Source of the DNA: Deinococcales bacterium | GTDB lineage: Bacteria; Deinococcota; Deinococci; Deinococcales; JAAFIG01 | NCBI GenBank assembly: GCA_031414595.1 | Contig: JANNVX010000086.1 | Coordinates: 32,001 to 96,000, forward strand | Length of the DNA: 64,000 nt | Direction of reading: 5' to 3' | Part shown: one piece after another, positions 9,671 to 19,343 of the stretch | Layout of the letters: each line of letters starts with the position of its first letter | Numbering within the stretch: position 1 is the stretch's first letter | Notes under the pieces: generated by a model | What the model was told of the DNA's origin: nothing | The model's database searches: none | The model's input: the letters and a program-made list of their open reading frames with translations, nothing else | Program-made: the position numbers and the translations under genes

Positions 9671-9702
9671 AGCGTCACACAAGCGTCACACGGAGCGTTA
9701 CA
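9671..9702 (-). promoter_or_regulatory. Direct-repeat operator TGT(G/A)ACGCT x3, spacing 11-12 bp
   Basis: Plus strand AGCGTCACAC-AAGCGTCACAC-GGAGCGTTACA, about 35 bp upstream of the peptide/lipoprotein operon; same motif at 17565 and 19240. Confidence 0.6.
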
Positions 9703-9816
9703 TCTGAAATCGGTCTTTAAGAATTACGAATATAAACACTATCACATTTTAATAAATCAAGTCCTAAGCTATTAAAAAGCAACTGCATTGTTACAGTGTC
9801 TCATTTCTTGGCTGGT

Positions 9817-10013
9817 GCGAGTAGCCCGCAAGCGACCCAAGCCCGAAGCGCCCAAAGCCCGAAGGTGCTGTTTCAGGGGCAAGACAGGTGCTGCTGTAGG
9901 GGTCAAGAAGGTGCTATTCCACGAGCAAGAAGCGCGAGTAGCCCGACAGCGACCCAGCCCGCTAAGTGCATCTTTAGGGTCAAGACAGGTGTTATTCCAC
10001 GAGCAAGAAGCGC
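9817..10013. repeat. Imperfect tandem duplication (two units, about 115 and 80 bp) upstream of the ketosynthase gene
   Basis: GCGAGTAGCCCG..AGCGACCC at 9817 and 9934; both units end ...GGTCAAGA.AGGTG.TATTCCACGAGCAAGAAGCGCG. Confidence 0.8.
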
Positions 10014-10039
10014 GGGTTTTAGCGTAGACTGAAAACCAT

Positions 10040-11212
10040 ATGATTGCACAGGTTGTCGGCTACGGAATGATTGATGGACTTGGGAATAATCCAAAAGACT
10101 GCTTTGCCAACATGGTCAATGACCAAGATTTTGTGACTGACCTGAGTTTTTTTGTCAATGGTCAAATCACCAGAGGGATTCAAGTCAATTATCAAAATTT
10201 GGTTTTGCCGACTGGTTTTTCAGATAAGGGCATCACCCAAACCCAGCGCCTAGCGATGCACGCCACGGCTCAAGCCATTACCCATGCTAATTTACCGCAT
10301 AGCTCCAATGTTGCGGTAATTCTGTCCACAGTCAGTAACGATGCTGAATTTATCGAAGAATACTTTTCTAAGTTTATCGAGAACCGCCGGGTCAGTCCTC
10401 GAGCCGTGGTCAATCGTTTACCAGACATTGCTTGTAATCAAATTGCTTGTCATTACGATTTTCGCGGGGTTTCGTATTCGTTGTTTGCCTCTTGTAGCAC
10501 TGGTTTAATGTCCATAGACAGCGCCATGAAATTGCTCGAGGACTACGATTATGTGGTGGTTGGCGCAGCCGACGCGGGGTGTTTTGGTTTTTCGATGAAG
10601 TATTTTGCGTATATTGGAGCTTTGGGTAATTTTAGTGCGCCTTTTGATGTTTCCCGCAAAGGTTTTTGCATGGGTGAAGGGGCTGGTACACTGATTTTAC
10701 AAAGTAGCGAAAAAGCCAAAGAGTACGGCAGTACCGTTTATGCCACGCTTTATCCGGTTGGCATGGCATCGGATGCGTATGATGCGACTTTTCCACATCA
10801 GGACGGACGCGGCGCAATTTTAGCCATAGATAAAGCCATGAAGCACATTCCAAGCAACGGAATTCACGCCGTCAATGCCCATGCGACTTCAACCCCGATT
10901 GGCGACGCGGTAGAATATAAGGTCTTAGCCGAAAAGTTTCCCCATATTCCGATTTACGCCCCAAAAAGTAAAATCGGGCATACCTTAGCTGCCTCTGGGA
11001 TTCTCGAGACAATTTATGCAATTGAATCCATGCGTCACGGAGTTATTCCACAAATTCATAACTTAAAACACTGTGATTTTTTGCGTGAAGAAGGCAAACT
11101 CAATTTCACCTCGAGCCAATTTGGTGCTGAACCGACCCTGAGAACCCTAAAAAACTCTTTTGGTTTTGGTGGCAAGTGCGCCTCGATGGTGATTGAAGTG
11201 ACAAGGGACTAA
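10040..11212 (+). CDS. Beta-ketoacyl-ACP synthase (FabF/FabB-like), stand-alone
   Basis: Catalytic Cys-His-His: ASCSTG, AHATSTPIGD, KSKIGHTL; C-terminal NSFGFGG. Confidence 0.9.
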   Translation: MIAQVVGYGMIDGLGNNPKDCFANMVNDQDFVTDLSFFVNGQITRGIQVNYQNLVLPTGFSDKGITQTQRLAMHATAQAITHANLPHSSNVAVILSTVSNDAEFIEEYFSKFIENRRVSPRAVVNRLPDIACNQIACHYDFRGVSYSLFASCSTGLMSIDSAMKLLEDYDYVVVGAADAGCFGFSMKYFAYIGALGNFSAPFDVSRKGFCMGEGAGTLILQSSEKAKEYGSTVYATLYPVGMASDAYDATFPHQDGRGAILAIDKAMKHIPSNGIHAVNAHATSTPIGDAVEYKVLAEKFPHIPIYAPKSKIGHTLAASGILETIYAIESMRHGVIPQIHNLKHCDFLREEGKLNFTSSQFGAEPTLRTLKNSFGFGGKCASMVIEVTRD

Positions 11213-11230
11213 AGGCGTAAGATAGCTCCA

Positions 11231-12460
11231 ATGAAGCCGAAATTCTCCTATGCTTGGGTGATTGTTGCAGTCACGGCAGTGGTCTTGTTGGTCACGGCTG
11301 GCGCTCGCAGTGCGCCAGGGGCTTGGCTGATCGAAATGGAACGTGACACGGGTTGGTCGAGGGCGAGTTTATCCTTGGCAACTGGTCTGGGTTTAATTTT
11401 ATTTGGTTTGGGTGGTCCTATTTCTGGGTTGCTGATGGCAAAACTAGGGGTTCGGGCAGTCACCGCCGCCAGTTTAATCATCACAGCCCTCGCCATGTGG
11501 CTTTCAAGCCGAGTGCAGACCCAACTCGAGTTAAATCTGTTCTTTGGGTTGTTGTCTGGTATTGGTACAGGTTTGGTTGCCAGTGTGCTTGGGGCGACCA
11601 TCGCCAACAGGTGGTTTGTCGAACGGCGTGGTTTGGTGATTGGTATTTTTGGGGCAAGTACCAGTGCTGGGCAGTTGGTCTTCTATCCACTGCTAACGAC
11701 TTTAGCGGTCAATATCGGTTGGCGCTCGAGTGCCTTGGTCTTAGCCAGTATTACGATTGCGATTCTTGTGCCAGTCTTGTTTTTAATGCGTTCCGACCCG
11801 TCTGAAGTTGGGCAACGTCCGCTTGGAGCAAATCTGGACACGCCACTAACCGCACCCCAAGCCGACCTTGGAATCATGAGTAAAGCACTCCGTCACCCTG
11901 ATTTTTGGTTACTGGCAATTACTTTTTATATTTGTGGGGCGACCAGCAATGGTTTAATCGGTCAGCATTTAATTCCTCATGCGGTGGATCATGGTTTAAC
12001 CCAGCCTATTGCAGCCAGTATGGTTGCACTCATGGGAGCTTTTAATTTTGTGGGAACAATTGCTTCGGGTTGGCTAACCGACCGTTATGACCCGCGTCGT
12101 TTGCTCTTGGTGTATTACTTTTTTCGTGGTGTTAGCCTGCTTTTTCTGCCCTATATGCACGATGTTGGCGGACTGAGTATTTTTGCGGTTCTTTTTGGTT
12201 TAGATTACATTGCGACTGTGCCACCAACTGTGATGTTGGTAGCCAAAACCTTTGGCAGACACAATGTTGGCATTGTCTACGGTTGGGTCTTTGCGGCACA
12301 TCAGTTAGGAGCGGCAATGGCAGCTTGGATTGGTGGTTTGGCAAGGGATAATTTGGGTGATTACACCTTGGCGTTTACGGTAGCTGGAATAATTGCCGTG
12401 CTTGGTGGGTTCTTGGCATTGGGTATTCGTCGGGAAACTCGAGAAGTGGCTATGCGCTAA
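11231..12460 (+). CDS. MFS transporter
   Basis: About 12 hydrophobic segments; GWLTDRYDPR loop motif; RWFVERRGLVIG. Confidence 0.9.
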   Translation: MKPKFSYAWVIVAVTAVVLLVTAGARSAPGAWLIEMERDTGWSRASLSLATGLGLILFGLGGPISGLLMAKLGVRAVTAASLIITALAMWLSSRVQTQLELNLFFGLLSGIGTGLVASVLGATIANRWFVERRGLVIGIFGASTSAGQLVFYPLLTTLAVNIGWRSSALVLASITIAILVPVLFLMRSDPSEVGQRPLGANLDTPLTAPQADLGIMSKALRHPDFWLLAITFYICGATSNGLIGQHLIPHAVDHGLTQPIAASMVALMGAFNFVGTIASGWLTDRYDPRRLLLVYYFFRGVSLLFLPYMHDVGGLSIFAVLFGLDYIATVPPTVMLVAKTFGRHNVGIVYGWVFAAHQLGAAMAAWIGGLARDNLGDYTLAFTVAGIIAVLGGFLALGIRRETREVAMR

Positions 12461-12562
12461 ATATGATATTTTTCACATTTGAGTCCCTGACGCGATATTG
12501 TAAGATTATTGTAAGGAATTAGTAATGATTGGTTGGTAGAATTCTAGCTGTAGGAGTTTATC

Positions 12563-14362
12563 ATGAAATCTTTAAGTCAAATTACCGGTTTAGCACTCAG
12601 CGCTTTTATTGGCGCAGTGTTTGCTTCGTGCAGTACACTAAAAACCGAAGCCAAGCAAGAATACCTACTAACCTTAAATTTAACTACCAACGACACCCAG
12701 GAGACTGTCTTGCAACGTTACGGCGGAGCAGTGCTTTCTTTTGACTCACAAGCAGGTTTTGCAATTCTTAAAACTGATCGTTTGCCTGTCAGTAACGACT
12801 CGGCAGTTAAACACCTCGAGCCAAATACGACCCTCGAGACCACCGATGCCAGAATCAACCTTAATCAACCCAACATCAGCACCCAAGGCGCAAGCTCAGG
12901 GACTGCCAGTGTTGGTATGAGTGGCTGGGCTACATGGTCAAGTGGTTGGTCAACGTGGTCTAGTGGCTGGTCTACATGGTCAAGTGGTCAGACCTTACCG
13001 TTTACGCAAGCCCAAACCAGCAATGCTTATATGAGCAGCCGTGTGCCTCAAGCCCATGCGATTGCCCACAATTTTGCTGCTGGTGTGATTGTGGCTGTTT
13101 TAGACACGGGTATTGACCTGAACCACCCCGGATTTGCTGGGCGTTTAATCCAACCAGCCAAGCGCTGGAATTTTGTGGACAAAAACAACGATGTTACCGA
13201 AGTCAATAATGGTAAAGGCTACGGGCATGGTACAGCCGTAGCTGGCATTATTTTACAAGTTGCTCCCAAAGCCACAATTATGCCACTCAAAGTCTTGGAT
13301 TCAGATGGCAAGGGGGACTTAGATGATGTGATTGCTGCGATTGATTACGCGGTTAAAAATGGCGCTCGAGTGATCAATATCTCTTTGGGTTCAAAAGAGT
13401 ATTCAGAAGCCTTAAAAACCGTGATTAGCAATGCCATTAGTAAAAATGTCTATATTGTGGCTTCGGTTGGTAATGACAGTAAGAAAAATAAAGCTTCTTA
13501 CCCCGCAGCCATGGGTTATTCATTTGGAACAGGCAAACTCATTGGGGTTGGCAGTATTAACGACAACGATCAAATCTCGAGTTTTTCCAATAGTGGCGAT
13601 GATGTCTTTATGTACGCACCTGGCGAAAACGTGCAAACTTATGCGCCAAATGGTCGAACTGCCAATGCTACAGGAACTTCTTTTGCTGCGCCTTTGGTGA
13701 CTGGGGCAATGGCACTGGCGTATGGTGAAGCCTATGACGAAACCTCTAGCGCTTATTTGAGAGAAATTGGCACGACTCTTGGGTCATCAAATGATAAAAA
13801 ACGGGTTTGGTGGCGCAACTACGCCGAAGTAGACCCTGATTCAACTTGTAAAACACCAAATGGCAGTTGGTGTTTTGCCCAAGGCACACTTGATGTCGAA
13901 AAATTGCTCTTGAGTATTCCTGATTTCAAGCCAGCCAAACAAAAAAGTAAAGTAGATTTTGTAAGAAATGGTGGTTTTGAACTGGATGATTTCCAAGGTT
14001 GGAAAGCCACTGGAATCACAACAACCGCACCCTTTAGCGGGACAACCAGCATACGAATGTACCCGATTGGCAAACTGACTCAAAAAATTAATGGTTTATC
14101 GCCTAATACAAACTACCGTTTAACAGCTTGGGCAAAGGTGGATACAAAATCAGATTCGGTTAGTTTCTTGGTTAAAGACTTTGGAGGCAGTGCAGTCAGT
14201 GTAAGCACCACAACTCAACAGCATCAGTTTTTCAAGCCAATCAATCTGGTTTTCACCACGGGTACAAAAAACACATCGGCTGAACTGGTGGTTGACCGAA
14301 ATTCGTCGTTTTCCCTAGCCGATGCCTACATTGATTCGATTAGCATCACCCAAGTTTGGTAA
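12563..14362 (+). CDS. S8 (subtilisin-like) lipoprotein peptidase with C-terminal carbohydrate-binding-like domain
   Basis: Lipobox FASC. Catalytic triad motifs VLDTG, HGTAVAG and GTSFAAP; C-terminal NGGFE..W CBM4/9-like domain. Confidence 0.9.
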   Translation: MKSLSQITGLALSAFIGAVFASCSTLKTEAKQEYLLTLNLTTNDTQETVLQRYGGAVLSFDSQAGFAILKTDRLPVSNDSAVKHLEPNTTLETTDARINLNQPNISTQGASSGTASVGMSGWATWSSGWSTWSSGWSTWSSGQTLPFTQAQTSNAYMSSRVPQAHAIAHNFAAGVIVAVLDTGIDLNHPGFAGRLIQPAKRWNFVDKNNDVTEVNNGKGYGHGTAVAGIILQVAPKATIMPLKVLDSDGKGDLDDVIAAIDYAVKNGARVINISLGSKEYSEALKTVISNAISKNVYIVASVGNDSKKNKASYPAAMGYSFGTGKLIGVGSINDNDQISSFSNSGDDVFMYAPGENVQTYAPNGRTANATGTSFAAPLVTGAMALAYGEAYDETSSAYLREIGTTLGSSNDKKRVWWRNYAEVDPDSTCKTPNGSWCFAQGTLDVEKLLLSIPDFKPAKQKSKVDFVRNGGFELDDFQGWKATGITTTAPFSGTTSIRMYPIGKLTQKINGLSPNTNYRLTAWAKVDTKSDSVSFLVKDFGGSAVSVSTTTQQHQFFKPINLVFTTGTKNTSAELVVDRNSSFSLADAYIDSISITQVW

Positions 14363-14717
14363 CGGCTGGCGTGGTCTCGAGCATGGTTTTCCAAGTGGTT
14401 TCGTCGCGCCCAATTGCCAGTGCTTTGCCAACCCGAACCAAAGGCAAACGCAGCAAGCGTGGTTCGTCTTGGACTCGAATAAACCAGCCATCTTCACTGA
14501 GTTTTAGGTACTCGAGACCAGAGGCTTGAAAGGTTTTGCCAGTGCGGTCAAGCACCAAATCCCAACCGAACTTATCCAAGAAACGTTTCAGTTCGCCAGC
14601 CGCAATCGGGCGCTCGAGTAAATCCACCAGATGAATTTTAATTTTGCGTTCCTTAAAAAAACGCTCGGCGGCACGGGTTTCTTGTGACTTTTGAATGCCA
14701 AAAATTTGGGCTTCCAT
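14346..14717 (-). CDS. ArsC/Spx family protein
   Basis: QIFG..KS.ETRAAERFFKER...LLRLPLVR.G; redox cysteines absent. Confidence 0.8.
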   Translation of the reverse strand: MEAQIFGIQKSQETRAAERFFKERKIKIHLVDLLERPIAAGELKRFLDKFGWDLVLDRTGKTFQASGLEYLKLSEDGWFIRVQDEPRLLRLPLVRVGKALAIGRDETTWKTMLETTPAVTKLG

Positions 14718-14719
14718 AC

Positions 14720-15385
14720 TTATAACCGTGTTGTAATCACCATAAAGCGCACATCCGCACCTTCAAAACCGGGGGTCTGAACGGCGACAAAAACCGCCAA
14801 GTTATTGCCCAACAAATGAGCGCTTCGCATTTCATAGCTTAAAGCACAGGCTCGAGATTTAGGTAAGGTTAGCCCATCTTTTTGTAAGACTCGGGTTTTT
14901 CCAGCCGCACTTAAAGTCAATTCTAAACGCGAAGCGATTTCGTCAGGGCAAGTTTTAGCAGCTTGTTTCTCGAAGTTGCTGTTTAGCTCCAAGGTATAGG
15001 TGCGACCCGCATAGATAAATTCACTGCGTTGACCGCTTAAATTTGGTGCTGTTGGGGCAATACCAATAAATTTTCCTTGATTGCCACTGACAATTTTGTA
15101 ACGGGTTAGTAAACTCTGCACTGTGCTTTTTATGGCGGCTCGAGCTTGAGCGGTAGAACTACTTTCAACTTCAATCATCTTTTCGGTTTGGGCAAGCAAA
15201 GTGTTTTTTGCCACATCCACAATTTGAATTTGGGCATATGGATACCCAATACCGTCGGTCATGCCAAATTGTTCAAACGCCAAGTAACGCCCATCTTTGG
15301 AAAAACCAATGAATTCAAGATTGGCTGCGTCTCCGGCTCGAGCAAAGGAAAAAAGTAAAACGAAGAAAAGTAAAATTCTGGGCAT
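14720..15385 (-). CDS. DUF2259-like secreted protein
   Basis: Signal peptide; IGFSKDGRYLAFEQFG..DG.G.PYA and LPKSRAC...Y...GFEG motifs. Confidence 0.7.
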   Translation of the reverse strand: MPRILLFFVLLFSFARAGDAANLEFIGFSKDGRYLAFEQFGMTDGIGYPYAQIQIVDVAKNTLLAQTEKMIEVESSSTAQARAAIKSTVQSLLTRYKIVSGNQGKFIGIAPTAPNLSGQRSEFIYAGRTYTLELNSNFEKQAAKTCPDEIASRLELTLSAAGKTRVLQKDGLTLPKSRACALSYEMRSAHLLGNNLAVFVAVQTPGFEGADVRFMVITTRL

Positions 15386-15427
15386 GGCAATACTGTAACA
15401 TTTATTGCGAATAAAATGTGTCCAACC

Positions 15428-15453
15428 GTAGGGGCGAACCCCTGTGTTCGCCC
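15428..15453 (+). repeat. GTAG-type REP palindrome
   Basis: GTAGGGGCGAAC-CCCTGT-GTTCGCCC; near-identical copy at 49756. Confidence 0.8.
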
Positions 15454-15508
15454 TTGTAGGAGGGCATTTTTTGACAACGTGCGTCAGGCTTGTGTTTTTA
15501 TAACTAAG

Positions 15509-16102
15509 TTATTGCAACACAACCACGCCAAGCGGCGTTTTTAAGCTGGCTTTTAAGCGCGGTAATGCCGATAACTGCACAGGTAACTCGAGACCAAGGG
15601 TTTGCAATTTTGTTGTAACCAATTCTGGTTGTGGGTGATACCCTGTCAGCGCCAGCAGTTCTAAACCACAATTCTCGAGGCTGCGGCTTGGGTTTGGGCT
15701 GTGCCACTGAATTAAAGTTGGGACAAGACCGCCTTGTGGTAAATGTCCATCATCTGGAATCGTAATCTGCCACGAATATGCGCCTCGAGTAATGGCTGTG
15801 ATTGTGCCATCAAGATTTTCTATGTTCTCAAGATTCTCGCAACGTGCCACCCAATGAATTAAACGTGGTTCTAAAATCGGTTTGTCGAGTTCAAACCATC
15901 TGGCTCGAGACGGTACTTGGGCATCTGGGTCAATCGCAATGATTTCGAGGTAGGTATCTGCGCCAAGTTTTGCCAGTAGATTATGTGTTCCCATCAGCGT
16001 GTGCTTACCGCCAGCTTGGGCTTTTACGCCAGTCTGTTCTTCAAACCAAGCTGCCCCGATTTCTAAACTTGGCGCAGCAATCACCAGATGGTCTAAGGTC
16101 AT
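15509..16102 (-). CDS. VOC/glyoxalase-like protein
   Basis: LDHLVIA...GGKH..MGTHN.L...YLEIIAIDP...PTLIQW; likely start MTLDH at 16102. Confidence 0.85.
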   Translation of the reverse strand: MTLDHLVIAAPSLEIGAAWFEEQTGVKAQAGGKHTLMGTHNLLAKLGADTYLEIIAIDPDAQVPSRARWFELDKPILEPRLIHWVARCENLENIENLDGTITAITRGAYSWQITIPDDGHLPQGGLVPTLIQWHSPNPSRSLENCGLELLALTGYHPQPELVTTKLQTLGLELPVQLSALPRLKASLKTPLGVVVLQ

Positions 16103-17433
16103 CCAATCCCCTCGAGCCAAGCCGTAAAATCACGTTGCCCTCGAGCGTACAACACTGGGCGTTTTTCTTGTTTGGTCAGTTTTTTCTTATTTTGTAATTC
16201 GGCCGGTTTCTCGTTCTGCTCGAGGTCTGGGACCAATGCCCAATTGGTGTTCATCGGCTGGAAATTCTTGCTCTCGGCAGTCGCAAGAAAACGTACCAAG
16301 CCACCAAGCATACTGGTAACGGGCGGTACGACTGGCTCGAGACCAAGCGCGAGTCTAGCGGCGTTCAGACCTGCCAGCCAACCCGTGGCAGCGCTCTCTA
16401 AGTAGCCTTCTGTGCCAGCCAGCACCCCAGCCGTGAACAAATTTGGGTGTGCCTTAAATTGCAGCGTCGGCTCGAGCAGTTTTGGAGCGCAAAGGTAGGT
16501 ATTGCGGTGCATCACCCCGTAGCGTGCAATTTCGGCATTCTCGAGACCGGGAATCAGGCGCACCACCCCCCTCTGGTCGCCCCATTTAAGCCCAGTCTGA
16601 AAACCGACGATGCTCCAGAGTTGCCCGAGCTTATCCTCTTGGCGAAGTTGTGCCACGGCATACGGTTCGCGCCCAGTGCGTGGGTCTGGTAGCCCTTTGG
16701 GTTTGAGTGGACCAAAACGCGGCGTGTCAATGCCGCGCCTTGCAATTTCTTCGATGGGCATACAACCTTCAAAAAACTCGAGTTTTTCCCAGTCGTGTGG
16801 GGTGTGACTGCGTGCCTCCTCGAGTGCCACAAAGAATTTCAGGTATTCTTCTTTGTTAAACGGGCAGTTCAAGTAATCGGCTTCTTGTCCGTAACGCCCA
16901 GCGCGGTAGACCACATCCATATTGATGCCTTCAAACTCGAGGACTGGCGCAGCCGCATCATAAAAACTCAGGCGTTCCCCACTTGCAAAACGTTGCACAA
17001 TATCTTCAGCGAGTGCGTCCGAAGTCAGCGGACCCGAAGCCAGCACCACAATCCCGTCTGGCACTCGAGTCAATTCTTTACGGTGCAGCGTAATGTTTTT
17101 GTTAGTCTCGAGCAGTGCCGTGATATAGGCACTAAAACCGTCACGCTCGACCGCCAAGGCATTGCCTGCCGGAATTCGGTTGGCATCGGCGGCTTGCATA
17201 ATCGGGGCTTTGGCAATTCGCATTTCGGCTTGCAGTAGTCCCTTGGCGTTGTTGTCACCTTCGCCACCAAAGCTGTTGCTACAGACCAATTCCGACGCGC
17301 CGTGCGAGCGATGAGCTGGGGTCATGCGGCTTGGGCGCATTTCAAAAAGTTGGACGTGTACACCTAAGCTGGCGGCGGCAAGGGCGGCTTGTGAACCTGC
17401 CAAACCCGCCCCAATGATTGTTATTTCTTTCAT
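16099..17433 (-). CDS. trmFO: Methylenetetrahydrofolate--tRNA-(uracil-5-)-methyltransferase
   Basis: IIGAGLAGS, ELVCSNS, FFEGCMPIE, RYGVMHRNTY, GTEGY.ESAA. Confidence 0.95.
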   Translation of the reverse strand: MKEITIIGAGLAGSQAALAAASLGVHVQLFEMRPSRMTPAHRSHGASELVCSNSFGGEGDNNAKGLLQAEMRIAKAPIMQAADANRIPAGNALAVERDGFSAYITALLETNKNITLHRKELTRVPDGIVVLASGPLTSDALAEDIVQRFASGERLSFYDAAAPVLEFEGINMDVVYRAGRYGQEADYLNCPFNKEEYLKFFVALEEARSHTPHDWEKLEFFEGCMPIEEIARRGIDTPRFGPLKPKGLPDPRTGREPYAVAQLRQEDKLGQLWSIVGFQTGLKWGDQRGVVRLIPGLENAEIARYGVMHRNTYLCAPKLLEPTLQFKAHPNLFTAGVLAGTEGYLESAATGWLAGLNAARLALGLEPVVPPVTSMLGGLVRFLATAESKNFQPMNTNWALVPDLEQNEKPAELQNKKKLTKQEKRPVLYARGQRDFTAWLEGIG

Positions 17434-17555
17434 AGGCTAGTTTAACTCGAGCAACACGGGCATTTAACTTTGCTTTAATCTTTCTTTACTTTTCTTGCAA
17501 AATTCGTGGTGTACCAGTATTTTTATAGGGGTGTTCGCAGCCCCATGCGATTTGA

Positions 17556-17657
17556 GTTCGTCTCACGCTTGTGTGACGCTCGGTGAGTATGCTGATGCGA
17601 CGCTCAAGCGACGCTCCAAAGAATAAGGTGTGGCTCGAGCAGTAGCAAGGAGAAATT
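17556..17657 (+). promoter_or_regulatory. Duplicated ~100-bp promoter/leader with ACGCT direct repeats (copy 1)
   Basis: ACGCT at 17565, 17576, 17600 and 17611; nearly identical to 19231-19343; ends in AAGGAG RBS. Confidence 0.7.
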
Positions 17658-18377
17658 ATGAAAAACGTGTTGAAATTTGGTTTAGTTGGAATCGCCGCCC
17701 TCGCCCTCAGCAGCACCCTGACCAACAGCACTGCCCAAGGTCGTTTGGTGTTTGACGGCACATATGCTGTCAGTGGTAAAAACCCAGATGGTAGCGCCTA
17801 CGCTGGAACAATGACGATTAGCCCTTATGGTGATGGCTACCGTATGCTCCAAGTTTATGGCAGCACCACCTACCGTGGCATTGGCAATGACGTTGGTGAT
17901 TACTTGGCTGGTGCTTATTTGTCTGAGGGTGAACCAACTGTTACTTTGTACCGTGTTTCCGCCGCCAATACCTTGTCTGGTTACTGGCAAGATTATAGCA
18001 GCACCAAAGAAGGTACAGAAGAAGCCACCCTTGCCAGCCGTGCATTTTCGTTTGTGCCTAGCGTCCCAGTTGCCAACACATGGGATTACAGTGGCTCTTA
18101 CGCAATTAAAGGCACAAATCCAGATGGTAGTGCTTATACTGGCAGCATGATTCTGACCACCTACGGTGATGGCTACCGTGCATCGTTTGCCAGTGGCGGA
18201 GTTGCTTTGCGTGGAATCGCCAATTACATTGGTAACAACTTAGCCATCGCTTGGTTGACTGGCAACATCCCAAGTGTCAGCATTTTTACTGGTAATCCAC
18301 GTACTGGCAACCTGACTGGTTACTGGCAGGATTACAACAGCCTTAAAGAAGGCACAGAAACCGCCACTTGGCGCTAA
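17658..18377 (+). CDS. Secreted protein with two tandem ~105-aa beta-rich repeats, paralog 1
   Basis: Signal peptide; repeat GTY.V.G.NPDGSAY.G.M....YGDGYR...G.WQDY...KEGTE occurs twice. Confidence 0.85.
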   Translation: MKNVLKFGLVGIAALALSSTLTNSTAQGRLVFDGTYAVSGKNPDGSAYAGTMTISPYGDGYRMLQVYGSTTYRGIGNDVGDYLAGAYLSEGEPTVTLYRVSAANTLSGYWQDYSSTKEGTEEATLASRAFSFVPSVPVANTWDYSGSYAIKGTNPDGSAYTGSMILTTYGDGYRASFASGGVALRGIANYIGNNLAIAWLTGNIPSVSIFTGNPRTGNLTGYWQDYNSLKEGTETATWR

Positions 18378-18426
18378 AGTCCCCAAATCCTCTTGGGTTT
18401 TCAATGCACTAACATCATGGAGTTCT

Positions 18427-19149
18427 ATGAAAAATATTTTCAAATTTGGTCTAGCAGGAATTGCTGCTGTCGTTCTTAGCAGCACCCTCACCAACAGTGC
18501 TGCCCAAGAACGATTGCAGTTTGCTGGGACGTACAACATCAAAGGTAAAGGCACGGATGGCACAGCCTATACTGGTACAATGACGATTGCTCCGTATGGC
18601 GATGGCTATCGTCTGGCACAAAGATTTGGCGACGAAACTTACCGTGGTATTGCTACAGATATAGGCGATAACTTGGGTGTGGCACTGCTCAGTGGCGGTA
18701 AGCCCCAAGTGACGATTTACCGTGTCACAAGTGGCAACACCATGACTGGCTTTTGGCAAGATTACGACAATCCCAAAGAAGGCACAGAAGAAGCCACTGT
18801 ATCAGGAGCTACTGCTTTCTCGGGTGCTTCAAAAGTGCTTGCCGCCGCAACTTGGAACTACAGTGGTACATATGGCATCAATGGTAAAAATCCAGATGGC
18901 AGTGCCTACACTGGAACAATGGTTGTGTCCGACTACGGGGCTGGTTACCGTGTCAGGTTCACCTCTGGTGGCACAACGTGGCGTGGTATTGCCACCTACA
19001 TCGGAAGTTACTTATCAATCGCTTGGCAAGCTGGTGGCATACCCCAAGTTTCGGTTTTTGCGGGCAATCCAACCACTGGCGAACTCAAAGGTTATTACCA
19101 AGATTATGACAGCCTGAAAGAAGGCACAGAAACTGCAACCTTGAAATAA
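18427..19149 (+). CDS. Secreted tandem-repeat protein, paralog 2
   Basis: Same architecture as 17658..18377. Confidence 0.85.
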   Translation: MKNIFKFGLAGIAAVVLSSTLTNSAAQERLQFAGTYNIKGKGTDGTAYTGTMTIAPYGDGYRLAQRFGDETYRGIATDIGDNLGVALLSGGKPQVTIYRVTSGNTMTGFWQDYDNPKEGTEEATVSGATAFSGASKVLAAATWNYSGTYGINGKNPDGSAYTGTMVVSDYGAGYRVRFTSGGTTWRGIATYIGSYLSIAWQAGGIPQVSVFAGNPTTGELKGYYQDYDSLKEGTETATLK

Positions 19150-19230
19150 CGATGTGGCTCGAGACCTCGAAAAAAGCGTACTTTTCGGGGTCTTTACTTA
19201 TTCAAGTGGGCAATTTTTGAAGTTTCAATA

Positions 19231-19343
19231 GTTCGTCTCACGTTTGTGTGACGCTCGATGAGTATGCTGATGCGACGCTCATGCGACGCTCATGCGACGC
19301 TCCAAAGAATAAGGTGTGGCTCGAGCAGTACCAAGGAGAATTT
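19231..19343 (+). promoter_or_regulatory. Duplicated promoter/leader (copy 2) with three 11-bp ATGCGACGCTC units
   Basis: ACGCT at 19251, 19275, 19286 and 19297; one more 11-bp unit than copy 1. Confidence 0.7.

Noticed and set aside
9817-10013. CRISPR array
   Set aside because: Only two imperfect units, no regular repeat-spacer pattern and no cas genes.
9563-10094. Short ORFs spanning the operator and repeat region
   Set aside because: They are translations of regulatory and repeat DNA with no protein-like features.
12495-12515. ATTGTAAG direct repeat (11-bp spacing) upstream of the S8 protease as part of the ACGCT regulon
   Set aside because: The core sequence differs and there are only two copies; it may be another regulator's site but the support is too weak.
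19248-19343. N-terminal extension of paralog 3 in the ORF track
   Set aside because: This is the duplicated promoter region; the RBS and paralogy place the start at 19344.
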